Sequence record: MT813197
Source: Escherichia phage vB_EcoP_Kapi1
DNA length: 39,436 nucleotides
Direction: 5' to 3' (one strand)
Every line of letters begins with the position of its first letter. Positions within the stretch are counted from its first letter, which is position 1. Below, in pieces: positions 27,949 to 39,277 of the stretch. Position numbers and translations under genes: made by a program. The notes under the pieces were generated by a model that worked only from the letters and a program-made list of their open reading frames with translations, was not told the origin of the DNA and ran no database searches.

Positions 27949-28427
27949 TGGAAATAAAGCTCATCGATAATCCGGTGAAGCTTGCAGAATTCCTCAACAA
28001 CCCGGCAAACACGGGAAATATCGTAGACAGTGGAGATAAATACTACATCAAGCCTGATGCGGTATATCTCGGCATCTACGAAGGATTAGTGCTGGCTGGC
28101 GTTCATGAAGTGCGTAACTTCTGGCATAGCGTTGTTGAATGCCATGCGGTGTATGACCCCGGATTCCGTGGCGAATATGCACTGCAAGGGCATCGATTAT
28201 TCTGTAAATGGCTTCTCGAAAACTCACCATTCCTTAACAGCATTACCATGGTTCCTGACACCACGAAATACGGACGGTCAATTATCCGTTTGCTTGGCGC
28301 TACCCGTGTTGGTCACCTTGATGATGCTTATACCAGCAATGGAAAGCCTGTAGGCATCACGATTTATCAGTTACCGCGCTCAAAATATGAGGAGCTAAAG
28401 AATGTTAATTTTCCAGATTGCCAATAA
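27945..28427 (+). CDS. P22 gp14-like protein
   Basis: 160 aa, position between needle and ejection protein genes. Confidence 0.55.
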   Translation: MMEIKLIDNPVKLAEFLNNPANTGNIVDSGDKYYIKPDAVYLGIYEGLVLAGVHEVRNFWHSVVECHAVYDPGFRGEYALQGHRLFCKWLLENSPFLNSITMVPDTTKYGRSIIRLLGATRVGHLDDAYTSNGKPVGITIYQLPRSKYEELKNVNFPDCQ

Positions 28428-29076
28428 GCACCTCAGCAAAGCTGTTTACTGCAAAGGTGGCAGTGATGGCGGTTCAAAAGCCCAGGCACGCGCAACTGAA
28501 AAGGGTATCGAATTGCAGCGTGAAATGTGGCAGACGAACATGCAAAACCTTGCACCGTTCACTCCACTCGCTCAGCAGTATGTATCAGAGTTGCAGAATC
28601 TTTCCTCTCTTCAGGGGCAAGGTCAGGCGCTTAACCAGTATTACAACTCCCAGCAGTATAAAGACCTTGCAGGGCAGGCGCGTTACCAGAGTCTGGCAGC
28701 AGCAGAGGCAACGGGTGGATTAGGGGCTACAGCAACAGGAAACCAGTTAGCAGCAATCGCACCTACACTCGGTCAAAACTGGCTGTCAGGTCAGATGAAC
28801 AACTACAACAATCTGGCAAATATCGGCCTTGGTGCTCTTACAGGTCAGGCAAATGCCGGACAGAACTACGCTAACAACGTCAGCCAATTGTATCAACAGC
28901 AGGCGGCAGCATCTGCGGCTAATGCTAACCGACCATCAGGACTGCAATCAGCCTTGGGTGGTGCCATGAGCGGTGCTGCATCAGGGGCGATGATTGGCTC
29001 TGTGGTGCCAGGAATAGGTACGGCTGTTGGCGCTATTGGTGGCGGCATTATCGGTGGTCTTGGATCATTGTTTTAA
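28402..29076 (+). CDS. Ejection protein (P22 gp7-like)
   Basis: 224 aa, Q/N/A/G-rich, Gly-rich C-terminus; position. Confidence 0.7.
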   Translation: MLIFQIANKHLSKAVYCKGGSDGGSKAQARATEKGIELQREMWQTNMQNLAPFTPLAQQYVSELQNLSSLQGQGQALNQYYNSQQYKDLAGQARYQSLAAAEATGGLGATATGNQLAAIAPTLGQNWLSGQMNNYNNLANIGLGALTGQANAGQNYANNVSQLYQQQAAASAANANRPSGLQSALGGAMSGAASGAMIGSVVPGIGTAVGAIGGGIIGGLGSLF

Positions 29077-29085
29077 GGTGGGAAT

Positions 29086-30429
29086 ATGGCTACTTGGCAA
29101 CAAGGAATCAACTCAGGCGGTTTTCTTGCTGGCATTGGTGCGCAAAACGAGAATGCGCCAAAGGCAAGCGACGTTAACGCAACGCTTGGTCTGATCCGCG
29201 AAAACAATGAACTGGCTCGCTCAGGTGCAAATAACGTTGGTCTGACCGCGTTACGTGGTCTGGCTGGAGTTGCTGATATTTATAAGCAGGAACAGCAACA
29301 GAAAGCGATTAATGCGTTCAATAAGGTTCATGCTGATGCATGGGCTTCTGGTGATCCATCGGGACTATTTAAGTTTGCCCAGGAAAATCCAGCGTTTGTT
29401 GCACAGGCACAACAGGCATTTTCCGGTCTTAATGAGCAGCAACGCAACGATATGGGCGATTTAGCCATGAGGGCTAACGTCGCTCTTTCTCAGGGACCGG
29501 AAGCCTACAGTAAATTCATTACTGACAACAAGGACAGGTTAAATCGCGTGGGAGCGAATGCTGACTGGATGATTCAGACAGGTATTCAGAATCCAGAGCA
29601 GCTATCACACATGCTGACCACTATGACGCTAGGGGCTGTTGGCCCGGATAAAATGCTGGATTATCAGGATAAGATGGTTGGTCGCCAACTTGAGAAAGGG
29701 CGATTGGATGAAAGCATCCGTCAGGCTGACATGGAGAACGCGAGAGGATGGGCAAATATCCAAAACGCTCAACTAGACAGGGCTCAGCGGGCACAAATGC
29801 ACTCAGATGAGATGGGATTGAAGCTAATGGAGCTGGGGCAAAAAGGTAAGCCGTCAGCAGACTTAATTAAGGGATTAAATTCTGATATTACCAATTTTGG
29901 CAAAAATTATAACTCTGTCAGAGCGGCGGCAAACTCTCTGCAAGCCCTTAGCAAGGTAAATACTGGCGCTGCCCAACTTGGGATTATCTTTAATTACATG
30001 AAGTCTCTCGACCCTCAGTCAGTTGTTCGCGAAGGTGAACAGGTTCAGGTCATGCGCTCTGATGGCATATGGGGGCAGATAAAAGGATATGTAGACCAGC
30101 TTAATGCAGGGAATGGCTTGTCACAGGAAGCGAGGGATAACATTGTTAACGCAGCCAAAATTAACGCCAACGCTATGGGGCAGCAGTTTAACCAGCAGGT
30201 AGACGAATATCTGGATACGTATGGAGATACTATTCCTCAAGGGCTGAAAAAAAGCTTAGGGAGAAGGAAGGCCAAGCTATTTGACGATGTCCCAGCGCAG
30301 CCTACACCACAAGGTGGTAATGGGCAGACAAAAGCTGCGCCAAGTGGGATATCAGAAGGCGCGACGGCAACGAACCCTAAAACTGGTCAGAAACTCATTT
30401 ATAGGAACGGACAATGGCAACCGATGTAG
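29086..30429 (+). CDS. Ejection protein (P22 gp20-like)
   Basis: 447 aa; position and composition. Confidence 0.7.
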   Translation: MATWQQGINSGGFLAGIGAQNENAPKASDVNATLGLIRENNELARSGANNVGLTALRGLAGVADIYKQEQQQKAINAFNKVHADAWASGDPSGLFKFAQENPAFVAQAQQAFSGLNEQQRNDMGDLAMRANVALSQGPEAYSKFITDNKDRLNRVGANADWMIQTGIQNPEQLSHMLTTMTLGAVGPDKMLDYQDKMVGRQLEKGRLDESIRQADMENARGWANIQNAQLDRAQRAQMHSDEMGLKLMELGQKGKPSADLIKGLNSDITNFGKNYNSVRAAANSLQALSKVNTGAAQLGIIFNYMKSLDPQSVVREGEQVQVMRSDGIWGQIKGYVDQLNAGNGLSQEARDNIVNAAKINANAMGQQFNQQVDEYLDTYGDTIPQGLKKSLGRRKAKLFDDVPAQPTPQGGNGQTKAAPSGISEGATATNPKTGQKLIYRNGQWQPM

Positions 30430-32582
30430 GTTTACCCGAAGGATTTGTTCTCGATAATCAGCCTGATAACTCACAGCTTCCTGATGGTTTTGTGCTTGAT
30501 TCCCAACCAGAACAGCAGCAATCTCCTTTGGTTTCACCAGAGGAAAATTCCCGACAGGAAAATGTTGTTAATAATGCTAACGGTTTCGACCGTTTTATGT
30601 ATGGCGTTCTCAGTGGATTGATGGATGTTGGTAAAGGTGTTGGCCTGTTTCAGGATATGACACCAGAAGAGCAAGCCGCAATTCAGTCTCTACAGCAGAA
30701 GTTAGCGGCAAAACCATCAACCGCACAAGATGTTGGTGAGTTCGTTGGACAAGCAGCGCCATTTGTTAGTGGCGGTGGGATTATTTCTCAGGTTCCCAAA
30801 GGGGCGGCAAGGCTGGCTGCCGCCGCAGGGCTTGGTGCGGTTGAAGGTGGTGTTGTTGCTAACGGAACCGGTGGCAATGTAACTACAGGGGCGACTATAG
30901 GTGCTGCCGCTGGTCCAATTGCTGAATTGGCATCTCCAGTGATTAGTAAAGCAGTCAGTGCGGTTACGAAGAGGTTTAGGCCTCCATCGGCAGAAATGTC
31001 TCAGGCATCTGAACTTAGTGGAATGGCGAAGGTTGCAACGAAAGCTACAGATGTGAATCCAATAACAGGAAACAGATCTGGTTTGAATGCTCTCGCGGAA
31101 GCTGTTTCACCAGATGATTCTGTGCTACAGGCCGCCCGCAATCTTGGGATGGAGGATGCCTTAACTCCCGGCATGTACTCCAGCAACCCTTCTTACCGCG
31201 CGTTTGAAAATGCTTTAGCTGCAACCCCAGGTAATAAACTGTTCCACGCACAGAGAGAGGCCATTAGTAGGCTTGGAGAGCAGGCAGATAAATTTATTAA
31301 TGATTTTGGTGGGAGCGTTGATAAGGACTTTATCAATCAAAAGGTAAAAAGCTCTTATGAGGAGTTAAGATCAAAACTGAAGCGCCAAGAAGACACTCTA
31401 TACAATCAAATTAGAGCAAAAATTCCAACCAGAGCTACCGTAGATACCTCCCATACCACTAACGCCATTGAGGATATTGCAGATGATGTCGGTGGGCTAG
31501 AAAAACTAAAATCTCTATATCCTCAACTGTCAAAGACCTTGGAACAAATAGACCCAAACACCGCCCCGACTTATGGTCTTCTTGATGCAGTTCGACGGCA
31601 GGTTGGAAGGGCTCTTGGCAAAGAGATGGATAAAGGGCCATATAGCGGCATCGACGCTCGGCACCTTGGAATTCTTGAAAGCGCACTGATACAAGATCAA
31701 GGAGCCGCTGCTGCCAAATATGGTGCAGAGGATACATGGAATTTAGCTAGAGAGATCGGGAGAAAGAGATTCGCAGTACAGGCAGCCGCCATTCAAAATC
31801 TTGGCAGAGACCTGGATAAAGGAATAGTGCCGCAATTGCAGCAAGCTATCGTCGACATGTCTCAAGGAAAGGGCGGTGACTTCCGTCGCCTAGTTTCAAA
31901 TCTTCCTGATGACATGGTGCAACCAGCTGTTGCCACCGCAATGAATAGGGCTTTCACTACGTTCGCTAAATCTCCCGGGCAGTCACTCGGTGTTCCTGGA
32001 TTTGTTAAGTGGTATGGAGGTCTATCAAGAAACAAATCAAATATGCAGGCATTGAGCCGGGCAATTGGCTATCCGGCTACGCGTAGGTTGAGAAACATCT
32101 ATGAGGTGGCTTCTGGCATGCAAAGGGTGGGCAGCGAGAAGGTGTATTCCTCCTCTCAAATTGACCGGATGATGAATCAGTTCGCAGGAGAGAAGGGAAT
32201 GCTTGGGCGTATATATGGAATAGGAAAAGACGTGGCTAAAGCAGAGGGGCTAACCACTGCCATCGGAGCGCCGGGAGCCGGTACGGCAGGAGTACTCTTT
32301 AGCCTACTCCGTTCTGGTAAAAACTCAAGAATGGCTGCCGCTGATGAATTAATAGCATCTCCGGCTTTTAAAAATCTCTCAAAAAGGATTGCCGCAGGTC
32401 ACGCCAGCACTCCAGCCTCTAGGAAATCGGTGGATGCTTCAATGAAGAAAGTGAAACCATATAGGGATTGGGTAAATACGCTATCAGCGGACGAGAAGAA
32501 AAATCTAGCCCGCGTTGGTATTGTCGCTTTTCTCAGTAGTAACGATTCTTTGCCCACAGAGCAACAAGCAGGGCAACAATAA
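30414..32582 (+). CDS. Ejection protein (P22 gp16-like)
   Basis: 722 aa; last gene of ejection-protein triad. Confidence 0.7.
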   Translation: MATDVGLPEGFVLDNQPDNSQLPDGFVLDSQPEQQQSPLVSPEENSRQENVVNNANGFDRFMYGVLSGLMDVGKGVGLFQDMTPEEQAAIQSLQQKLAAKPSTAQDVGEFVGQAAPFVSGGGIISQVPKGAARLAAAAGLGAVEGGVVANGTGGNVTTGATIGAAAGPIAELASPVISKAVSAVTKRFRPPSAEMSQASELSGMAKVATKATDVNPITGNRSGLNALAEAVSPDDSVLQAARNLGMEDALTPGMYSSNPSYRAFENALAATPGNKLFHAQREAISRLGEQADKFINDFGGSVDKDFINQKVKSSYEELRSKLKRQEDTLYNQIRAKIPTRATVDTSHTTNAIEDIADDVGGLEKLKSLYPQLSKTLEQIDPNTAPTYGLLDAVRRQVGRALGKEMDKGPYSGIDARHLGILESALIQDQGAAAAKYGAEDTWNLAREIGRKRFAVQAAAIQNLGRDLDKGIVPQLQQAIVDMSQGKGGDFRRLVSNLPDDMVQPAVATAMNRAFTTFAKSPGQSLGVPGFVKWYGGLSRNKSNMQALSRAIGYPATRRLRNIYEVASGMQRVGSEKVYSSSQIDRMMNQFAGEKGMLGRIYGIGKDVAKAEGLTTAIGAPGAGTAGVLFSLLRSGKNSRMAAADELIASPAFKNLSKRIAAGHASTPASRKSVDASMKKVKPYRDWVNTLSADEKKNLARVGIVAFLSSNDSLPTEQQAGQQ

Positions 32583-32627
32583 TCGAACCGACTGTTACCA
32601 TATTAACCTCCCGATAGCCATGGATGG

Positions 32628-32939
32628 CTATTCTGACATCCTTTTTAATTTATTGTATGACTCTATAGAATCTGTGCACAACTTCATGAACTCTTGAAGT
32701 GACATTCCTAGGCGAGAAATTTCCGTATTCAAAAAACGTTCAATAAATTCATCTCCGCCTGGCATCTGGGTTGCTTCTTGAAAAGCAAACATTTGTTTAA
32801 ATGTTCCACACATACCAGCAACTTTAGCTGTAACTAACATGTCGTTAGCAAATTTCAGATCCTTATCTTGCGATTGTGCAAGACCACTAATTAGAAAACA
32901 GAATGCACCTATAACCCATCGCTTCACACCAACCACCAA
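32628..32939 (-). CDS. Small secreted (signal-peptide) protein of unknown function
   Basis: 103 aa; N-terminus MVVGVKRWVIGAFCFLISGLAQSQ looks like a Sec signal peptide; opposite strand to late operon at the P22 sieA position. Confidence 0.55.
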   Translation of the reverse strand: MVVGVKRWVIGAFCFLISGLAQSQDKDLKFANDMLVTAKVAGMCGTFKQMFAFQEATQMPGGDEFIERFLNTEISRLGMSLQEFMKLCTDSIESYNKLKRMSE

Positions 32940-32987
32940 CCTCCTTAGTTTTGTGCATGACGAAATTAACCAGCCATCAGGATGGTA

Positions 32988-33170
32988 TTAGTCACATTCT
33001 ATTTCTTTTGTCGACGTCCATACATAAGGGTCTGAGCAAACAACCTCTCCATTTATCATGACGTCATAGCCCATTAGATATGAGTTACCACCAACAATCT
33101 GAGCGGCGATGACGCTAATGCTGGCGGCGCAGGTTGCACCAAAAACGAAACCAATTAATATATTTTTCAT
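32988..33170 (-). CDS. Small membrane-anchored protein of unknown function
   Basis: 60 aa; N-terminal 25-residue hydrophobic segment, two Cys in the C-terminal tail. Confidence 0.5.
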   Translation of the reverse strand: MKNILIGFVFGATCAASISVIAAQIVGGNSYLMGYDVMINGEVVCSDPYVWTSTKEIECD

Positions 33171-33201
33171 TTTGATTCCAAATAGTTACAGGATGAAAGT
33201 T

Positions 33202-33387
33202 ATGACCATAGAAGAACGCCTGAACAACATTGAGTTGAACCAAACCTTGCTTGACCAGCGACTTTCAGATCTTGAGCTTAAAGATCTTGATGCGCAAATA
33301 TCAGAAGCAGAAGCCAAGCTCTCCAGCTTAAACCACCGCAAGAAGCAAATCCGCAACAGAATTACTCAGGGACGCGGAAGCTGTTGA
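33202..33387 (+). CDS. Hypothetical coiled-coil protein (61 aa)
   Basis: ATG at 33202 with AGGA RBS; ORF-track start 33109 overlaps the minus-strand gene. Confidence 0.45.
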   Translation: MTIEERLNNIELNQTLLDQRLSDLELKDLDAQISEAEAKLSSLNHRKKQIRNRITQGRGSC

Positions 33388-33571
33388 GGTGGGATGCAAG
33401 GTCTCTATCGTTAAAATCAAGGCTGCTAATCATTTCATTGTAAATAGCGTTTTTATCTTCCATTGGCAGTCTTGAGTAAACCAGACACAGAGCATATTTC
33501 AGGGAGTTTAGCTCTTTCTCTAGCTCTTCCTTGCTTGACGTTTTTGACTTAATAAACTGTTTTTTATTCAT
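33362..33571 (-). CDS. Hypothetical protein (69 aa) downstream of mnt-like gene
   Basis: Start overlaps mnt stop by 4 nt. Confidence 0.5.
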   Translation of the reverse strand: MNKKQFIKSKTSSKEELEKELNSLKYALCLVYSRLPMEDKNAIYNEMISSLDFNDRDLASHLNSFRVPE

Positions 33572-33804
33572 TTTGCATCCTTACCATACATGGTTTTCAG
33601 TGTTTCAAGCAGCGCATCCCTGAATTTGTCAGCCTCTTTCTGAGCAAATTCATTGCTATTAAGCGATCTACCACAAACAGCATCTTCGATAATCTGTATT
33701 ATTTCAGCATTCATGGAACGCTTGTTATGTTGCGCCCTGGCTTTAACCTTTTCCTTTAACTCTTTGGAAATCCTGATATTTATTTGCGGCTCTTCGCGTG
33801 ACAT
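33568..33804 (-). CDS. mnt: Mnt-like repressor (ribbon-helix-helix)
   Basis: [42 protein letters not shown] parallels P22 Mnt; GGAGG RBS before ATG at 33804. Confidence 0.8.
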   Translation of the reverse strand: MSREEPQINIRISKELKEKVKARAQHNKRSMNAEIIQIIEDAVCGRSLNSNEFAQKEADKFRDALLETLKTMYGKDAK

Positions 33805-34001
33805 ACCACCTCCATAGCATTTTGGTGATATTACTATTGTCAGATGCACCAAAGTACCCTTTGCGCATCCCATTAGAGGTTAAGTTAGCAATCGAGAAGT
33901 CAGCGAAAGAAAATGGTCGCTCAATAAATACCGAGATGGTAATGCGATTGGTGGATAGTTTAAGGCGGGATAGTTCTAAAGGTAATCTAGCAAAAAGTTG
34001 A
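33798..34001 (+). CDS. arc: Arc-like repressor (ribbon-helix-helix); start uncertain
   Basis: [38 protein letters not shown] parallels P22 Arc; candidate starts GTG 33798, GTG 33825, TTG 33837. Confidence 0.65.
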   Translation: MTYHLHSILVILLLSDAPKYPLRIPLEVKLAIEKSAKENGRSINTEMVMRLVDSLRRDSSKGNLAKS

Positions 34002-34063
34002 AGCCCCAACTGCGGGAACAGTCAGGGCTTCGGTATCAACAAATCGGCTTAGGAAATATTGAC

Positions 34064-34942
34064 ATGAAAAGTATAGCAAAGGCACAAAACGATTTCACCA
34101 TCTTCAAATTTGGCGACAGTGAAATTCGCGTCATTAACAAGTGCGGCGAGCCGTGGTTTGTAGCTAAAGATGTTTGTGATGCTTTAGCTTTGACTAACTC
34201 ACGCAAGGCACTTACTGCACTTGATGACGATGAAAAGGGAGTAACTTTAAGTTACACCCTTGGTGGTGAGCAGAATCTAAGCATTGTAAGCGAATCAGGT
34301 ATGTATACATTGGTTCTGCGCTGCCGCGATGCAGTCAATAAAGGTTCAGTCCCGCACAAATTCCGCAAGTGGGTAACAGCAGAAGTTCTGCCTTCAATTC
34401 GCAAACATGGCGAGTATGTGAAAGGCAAGAAAACCACTGTTGAGGAAAGAACACCGCTACGCGATGCAGTAAACATGCTGGTAGGAAAGAAAGGACTTCG
34501 CTATGACGATGCATACAATATGGTTCATCAGCGTTTTGGTATTGACAGCATTGATGAACTTTCAATTGAACAAATCCCGCTGGCCGTAGAGTACATCCAC
34601 AGGGTAGTGCTTGAAGGTGAGTTCATTGGCAAACAAGAGAAGAAAACCAACGAGCTTTCTGCAAAAGAAGCAAACAGCCTTGTATGGTTATGGGATTATG
34701 CCAACCGCTCACAGGCATTATTCCGCGAACTGTATCCGGCATTAAAACAAATTCAATCGAACTATTCCGGCAGATGCTACGACTACGGTCATGAGTTCTC
34801 GTATGTTATCGGAATGGCGAGAGACGTTTTAATCAATCACACACGAGATGTTGATATCAATGAGCCAGACGGACCAACGAATCTTTCCGCATGGATGAGA
34901 CTTAAGAATAAAGAATTACCTCCTTCAGTACATAACTACTGA
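34064..34942 (+). CDS. ant: Antirepressor Ant (BRO-N / KilA-N type)
   Basis: Start at MKSIAKAQ; motifs [32 protein letters not shown] parallel P22 Ant. Confidence 0.85.
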   Translation: MKSIAKAQNDFTIFKFGDSEIRVINKCGEPWFVAKDVCDALALTNSRKALTALDDDEKGVTLSYTLGGEQNLSIVSESGMYTLVLRCRDAVNKGSVPHKFRKWVTAEVLPSIRKHGEYVKGKKTTVEERTPLRDAVNMLVGKKGLRYDDAYNMVHQRFGIDSIDELSIEQIPLAVEYIHRVVLEGEFIGKQEKKTNELSAKEANSLVWLWDYANRSQALFRELYPALKQIQSNYSGRCYDYGHEFSYVIGMARDVLINHTRDVDINEPDGPTNLSAWMRLKNKELPPSVHNY

Positions 34943-34960
34943 CAGATAACCAACGCAACG

Positions 34961-34985
34961 ACCCAGCTTCGGCTGGGTTTTTTTA
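34961..34985 (+). terminator. Rho-independent terminator after ant
   Basis: ACCCAGC-TTCG-GCTGGGT followed by TTTTTTTAT. Confidence 0.7.
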
Positions 34986-35042
34986 TGCCCAAAATTCACC
35001 GTAGCCATGCTGCGGCGATTCCTTGTATCTGGAGCAAATTAA

Positions 35043-35105
35043 ATGACAGACATTACCTACTCAACAGATGGTCAGCAACCATGTTTGCTGCCTTATAAGC
35101 TATAG
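35043..35105 (+). pseudogene. Displaced ancestral 5' end of tailspike gene (MTDIT...), truncated after 20 codons
   Basis: ATGACAGACATTACC encodes MTDIT, which I recall as the canonical P22-family tailspike start; frame runs into the endonuclease gene and stops. Confidence 0.5.
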
Positions 35106-35553
35106 CCGCTTCATCAATGGTGTTGAATCTCCCAAGGGTTATGTTTTTACCTGAGACATTTATCTGAGCTTGCCATTGATTTCTGGCTTGACAGAAAGTT
35201 ACCCCCTTGATTCCAGCATTGCTATTTCGAGGTCCGACATTTAATGCATTTACGACTCTGCTGACATCCCTAAGGTTTGAGATTGCGTTATTTCTTCTGT
35301 TTCTATCAATGTGGTCAATCTCTTGTTTGGGCCATTCGCCATATACATACAGCCAGGCAAGTCTATGTGCAAAATATCTTACGCCATCAATATTAATTGC
35401 GTTATATCCATAAGAAATTGTGCCAGCAACTTTCCCAACAGCACCTCTGGCGCTTAATTTCTTTTTCCAAGTGAAAATTCCTGTTTCTTTATTGTAATCG
35501 AGAACCTCCATAAGGCGCTCCCGAGTTACTACCTCGTGACGTCTCTTACTCAT
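35053..35553 (-). CDS. HNH homing endonuclease with AP2 DNA-binding domain
   Basis: 166 aa from MSKRRHEV (GGAG RBS); HNH_3-like core [30 protein letters not shown]2-like C-terminus [15 protein letters not shown]. Confidence 0.8.
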   Translation of the reverse strand: MSKRRHEVVTRERLMEVLDYNKETGIFTWKKKLSARGAVGKVAGTISYGYNAINIDGVRYFAHRLAWLYVYGEWPKQEIDHIDRNRRNNAISNLRDVSRVVNALNVGPRNSNAGIKGVTFCQARNQWQAQINVSGKNITLGRFNTIDEAAIAYKAANMVADHLLSR

Positions 35554-35566
35554 TATTTTCTCCGGA

Positions 35567-37951
35567 ATGTTTATTATGCCAGAACAATTATACAACGTAG
35601 TTGTTTCACAACCAAGTCAGTTATTTACTTTAGCTCGCTCGTTTAAAGCAAATGCCAATGGCAAAATTTATATCGGTAAAATTGACACTGACCCGGTAAA
35701 TCCAGAAAACCAGATTCAGGTTTATGTAGAGAACGAAGACGGCTCTCACGTTCCTGTTTCGCAACCAATCATCATTAACGCTGCCGGATATCCGGTATAT
35801 AACGGACAGATTGCCAAATTCGTTACCGTGCAAGGCCATTCTATGGCTGTTTATGATGCGTATGGTGCGCAGCAGTTTTATTTTCCCAATGTGCTAAAAT
35901 ATGATCCAGATCAGCTGGACGTAAGACTTTCATCTCCATATGGAACATCGTATATTCATCATAATGGTGAGAACGCTGTAGATGTTCCACTTAATAAGTA
36001 TCTGGCATGGCGTAATGGAGATATCTCCGCCTTCGGAGGTAAATATAACGACTCAGCTTCTGGAGATCTGAATAAATCTGCATTTGCAGAAATGGAATCA
36101 ACCTTCGGAGGAGTGCGCTTGAACCTGATGGGTAAGTCTGTTTATATTCCAGATGAAATGAATCTACAGGTATCAAATATAGAAATATGGGGTGGTGGGA
36201 ATATTATGGCAGGCGCAGGCTACGCCTTCTTCCTAAAAGAAGGTGGAAGTGTAACTGCAAAGAACTTCCATATTGAAGGAGTGTCTTCAGATTATCCTAG
36301 GCTAGTTGGAAGTATTCAAGGTGTTGCTTACAAAATCAAAGATATCTCTTACAGTCACTTCACTACCAAAGGACGCGTTATTCTTTTTGCTGGGCTTGGT
36401 AACACTATCTATCCAGCGGTTAATCCAGAAGTTACAGGATATGGATGTAATTCTGTAAAGATTTCACACTTTCACTCTGAGTCACCTGTAGATTATATTG
36501 TTTCTTTACAGGATTTCCCGTTCAGTACGCTTGAGGTAGCAAACTTCACTGTACACAACATGGCGGGGACATTCATAAATGCAGGGATAACCAACGAGAA
36601 CCCTTACGAACGCCAATTGCAAAGAGCGATGGAGTTGGTATCAATCCACGACTACACCGTTGAAAATGAAGACAGTTTTTGGGCTGATGGTAACTACGCT
36701 TACACCACAATAGGTGTTTGCGAGTGCTGGAATCTCAATCACTATAACGGAACTCAAAGAGGGGTAAAGGTCAGGAACTCAGGAAATTCCTATTACGATC
36801 TGTACAATGGCTCTCATCTTGTCGCTGAGCGAGATATAACAGTAGTAGACGGTTATGTGTGGAATGATTGGCATCTGTCCCCTCATAAGATAAAAAACGC
36901 TTATCAGTACACTAGCCAAAATAAGCGCTGGTACTATACTCGAGACTATATAGCCAGAATTAAGGCTCTGTTTCCTGGTGTCGATGAAACAAAATCAACT
37001 GGTTCATTCTTCTATCCAGAAACTCAGGACTGGCACAACGAAACTACCGGGCCTTTGGAATATGGCAACCGTTTCATTCACATCGACAATTGCGACATTG
37101 AACTTATCAGACTTGGTTTGGTGCATGGTAATGCCGTTAATACAAATATAAGGATAACTAACAATCACTTTAGTTCACTATCTACACTGCGTACAAACTT
37201 CATGCAGGTAGCCAATTACCCATACAACATATATCAGCAGATCACATTCAAAGACAATAGACTTGATTTGCCAAAAGCTACCGTAAGCGGAATACTTAAA
37301 ATGCTTAACGGTGGTGAAGCAGGAGGAGGAGGATTTACTGGTGTCGTGGATATTTCTGGCAATGTTGGTAGATTTGATAATCTTATCGTATTTGACGATT
37401 TCACCACCGTGTCAAGTCTGTATGCAAACATGATGCTCTCACTGAGAAACAATGATTTTGTCTCTACGACCAACTGCTATCTGACAGGTGATGGCGTGCA
37501 AACAAGTCAGTTCGACGCCTCTGTATGCGACAAAAATTTCCTCAGTGGGGCGTCAGTCAAGATCGGTGCTCTGTGGAATACCCAGGGAAGAATCGAAGTA
37601 GGTGCGGTTATTAACTCATTTTCACCAGTGATATTGTTTGATGTTGGCATCCCGACAACAATGAATGTTGCTACAGGTGATAGGTATATTAACATTGATA
37701 ATGGGTCATCCGGGGTGCGAGTTATCAAGTTCACCATTTCGAAGGATGCTAATTCTACAAGCATTACCTTTACAGATGGAGCAGGAACGCAAGTAACTAA
37801 AAAAACAGGCACAGATAATGGAACCTTTTCAGTTAATGTAGGGGCATCAGCTGGATTTGCTGTAAATTGCATTGTTTCCTCCACAGGAGTTTCAATACAG
37901 ACAGCTTCTTCACTTAGACAGCGCTTTATCATCTCTGGATATACTGTATGA
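35567..37951 (+). CDS. Tailspike protein (P22-like N-terminal head-binding domain, distinct receptor-binding domain)
   Basis: 794 aa; residues 9-110 ([40 protein letters not shown]...) parallel P22 gp9 N-domain; first 8 residues replaced by insertion-derived sequence. Confidence 0.85.
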   Translation: MFIMPEQLYNVVVSQPSQLFTLARSFKANANGKIYIGKIDTDPVNPENQIQVYVENEDGSHVPVSQPIIINAAGYPVYNGQIAKFVTVQGHSMAVYDAYGAQQFYFPNVLKYDPDQLDVRLSSPYGTSYIHHNGENAVDVPLNKYLAWRNGDISAFGGKYNDSASGDLNKSAFAEMESTFGGVRLNLMGKSVYIPDEMNLQVSNIEIWGGGNIMAGAGYAFFLKEGGSVTAKNFHIEGVSSDYPRLVGSIQGVAYKIKDISYSHFTTKGRVILFAGLGNTIYPAVNPEVTGYGCNSVKISHFHSESPVDYIVSLQDFPFSTLEVANFTVHNMAGTFINAGITNENPYERQLQRAMELVSIHDYTVENEDSFWADGNYAYTTIGVCECWNLNHYNGTQRGVKVRNSGNSYYDLYNGSHLVAERDITVVDGYVWNDWHLSPHKIKNAYQYTSQNKRWYYTRDYIARIKALFPGVDETKSTGSFFYPETQDWHNETTGPLEYGNRFIHIDNCDIELIRLGLVHGNAVNTNIRITNNHFSSLSTLRTNFMQVANYPYNIYQQITFKDNRLDLPKATVSGILKMLNGGEAGGGGFTGVVDISGNVGRFDNLIVFDDFTTVSSLYANMMLSLRNNDFVSTTNCYLTGDGVQTSQFDASVCDKNFLSGASVKIGALWNTQGRIEVGAVINSFSPVILFDVGIPTTMNVATGDRYINIDNGSSGVRVIKFTISKDANSTSITFTDGAGTQVTKKTGTDNGTFSVNVGASAGFAVNCIVSSTGVSIQTASSLRQRFIISGYTV

Positions 37952-37956
37952 GAATC

Positions 37957-37993
37957 TCCCGCCATATTGGGCGGGGATTAATTAATTTTTTTT
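37957..37993 (+). terminator. Rho-independent terminator after tailspike
   Basis: CCCGCC-ATATTG-GGCGGG followed by T-run ATTTTTTTTT. Confidence 0.6.
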
Positions 37994-38122
37994 GAAAGCA
38001 TATTCTACAACTACTTTTGATGAAGCTTTTGTAAGATGCTTATTATCTGTATATGCTGGTATTCCATCCCTGATAATATCGCACATCACATCATATCATT
38101 ATGGGGTCTTCTGCATTTATCA

Positions 38123-39277
38123 TTACTCTTTCCCATCAAGCCAGTCCGCCCACCATTGCATCATTTCTCTGCGTTTGTCGAGATACTGAGCATGGTTGTA
38201 AATTCCACGCACGGATCCGCCGTTGGCATGTGCCAGTTGCACTTCAATAGCATCAGCGGGCCATTCGTGCTCGTTCATAATCGTGCTGAATTCATGCCTG
38301 AATCCGTGACCGCTTTCCAGACCCTCATAGCCGATTTGTTTGATCACAAGCAATACCGCGTTCTCGCAGATTGGCTTCTTCTTATCGTTGCGCCCGGCAA
38401 AAACAAACTCTGATACTGGTTTGGTGATTGAGCTTAGCGTAGTGAGAAGTTCAACCACCTGGTCCGACATCGGGACCACATGAGTTTTGCGGCCCTTCAT
38501 CACACTGGCGTCGATGGTGATAATCCTGTTTTCAAAATCGACGTTCTTCCATAGCATGGAACGAAGCTCTTTCGTTCTTAGGGCAGTGTAGCGTAAAACT
38601 TTGGTCGCAATGAGCGATACGATACTTCCTGAAAATGTTGCCAGTGCTTTGTTGAATGCAGGGATCTGGTCTGCAGGAAGAAACGGGAAGTTCTTCTTGC
38701 GGTATCCCTTCATGGCGTCTGCAAGGTCAGGTGCCGGGTTATATTTAGCCCTTCCGGTGACAATAGCGTAACGAAAAACCTCGCCGCATCTTCTGCGGGC
38801 TTTGTTGGCTCGCTCCATTGCACCGCGATCTTCAAATCTGCGGATTACTTCCAGCAGTTGCATCGGCTCAATATCCTGAATCTCAAGGCCGCCGATGATG
38901 GGTAAAATGTCGTCATCAAACATTTTGGCAAGTTCAGTTGCATAGCCTACTGACCAGACTTGCTTCTTGTGCTCGTACCATTCCTTGTAAATCGCACTAA
39001 AGGAATTGTTGTTAGACGAAGCCTTTTTCGCCTTTACCGGATCGATGCCAACCGAGATGTCTTTCCTCGCAGTCCATGCTTTATCCCTTGCCTCTTGCAA
39101 AGTCATAAGCGGATATTTTCCGACAGTCAGGATTTTCTCCTTACCGTCAATCTTGTAGCGAAGCTGCCATACCTTTTTCCCTGATACAGGGACATAAAGG
39201 TACAGGCCATTACCATCGAGTAGGCGGTATGGTTTTTCTTTCGGCTTTGCTGCTTCAATCTGCTTAACGGTGAGCAT
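38123..39277 (-). CDS. int: Tyrosine integrase, P4-type (KplE1 IntS-like)
   Basis: Start placed at MLTVKQIEAAKPKEKPYRLLDGNGLYLYV; C-terminal catalytic region HGFRHEF...RGIYNHAQY; the ORF-track start at 39313 is a GTG. Confidence 0.85.
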   Translation of the reverse strand: MLTVKQIEAAKPKEKPYRLLDGNGLYLYVPVSGKKVWQLRYKIDGKEKILTVGKYPLMTLQEARDKAWTARKDISVGIDPVKAKKASSNNNSFSAIYKEWYEHKKQVWSVGYATELAKMFDDDILPIIGGLEIQDIEPMQLLEVIRRFEDRGAMERANKARRRCGEVFRYAIVTGRAKYNPAPDLADAMKGYRKKNFPFLPADQIPAFNKALATFSGSIVSLIATKVLRYTALRTKELRSMLWKNVDFENRIITIDASVMKGRKTHVVPMSDQVVELLTTLSSITKPVSEFVFAGRNDKKKPICENAVLLVIKQIGYEGLESGHGFRHEFSTIMNEHEWPADAIEVQLAHANGGSVRGIYNHAQYLDKRREMMQWWADWLDGKE

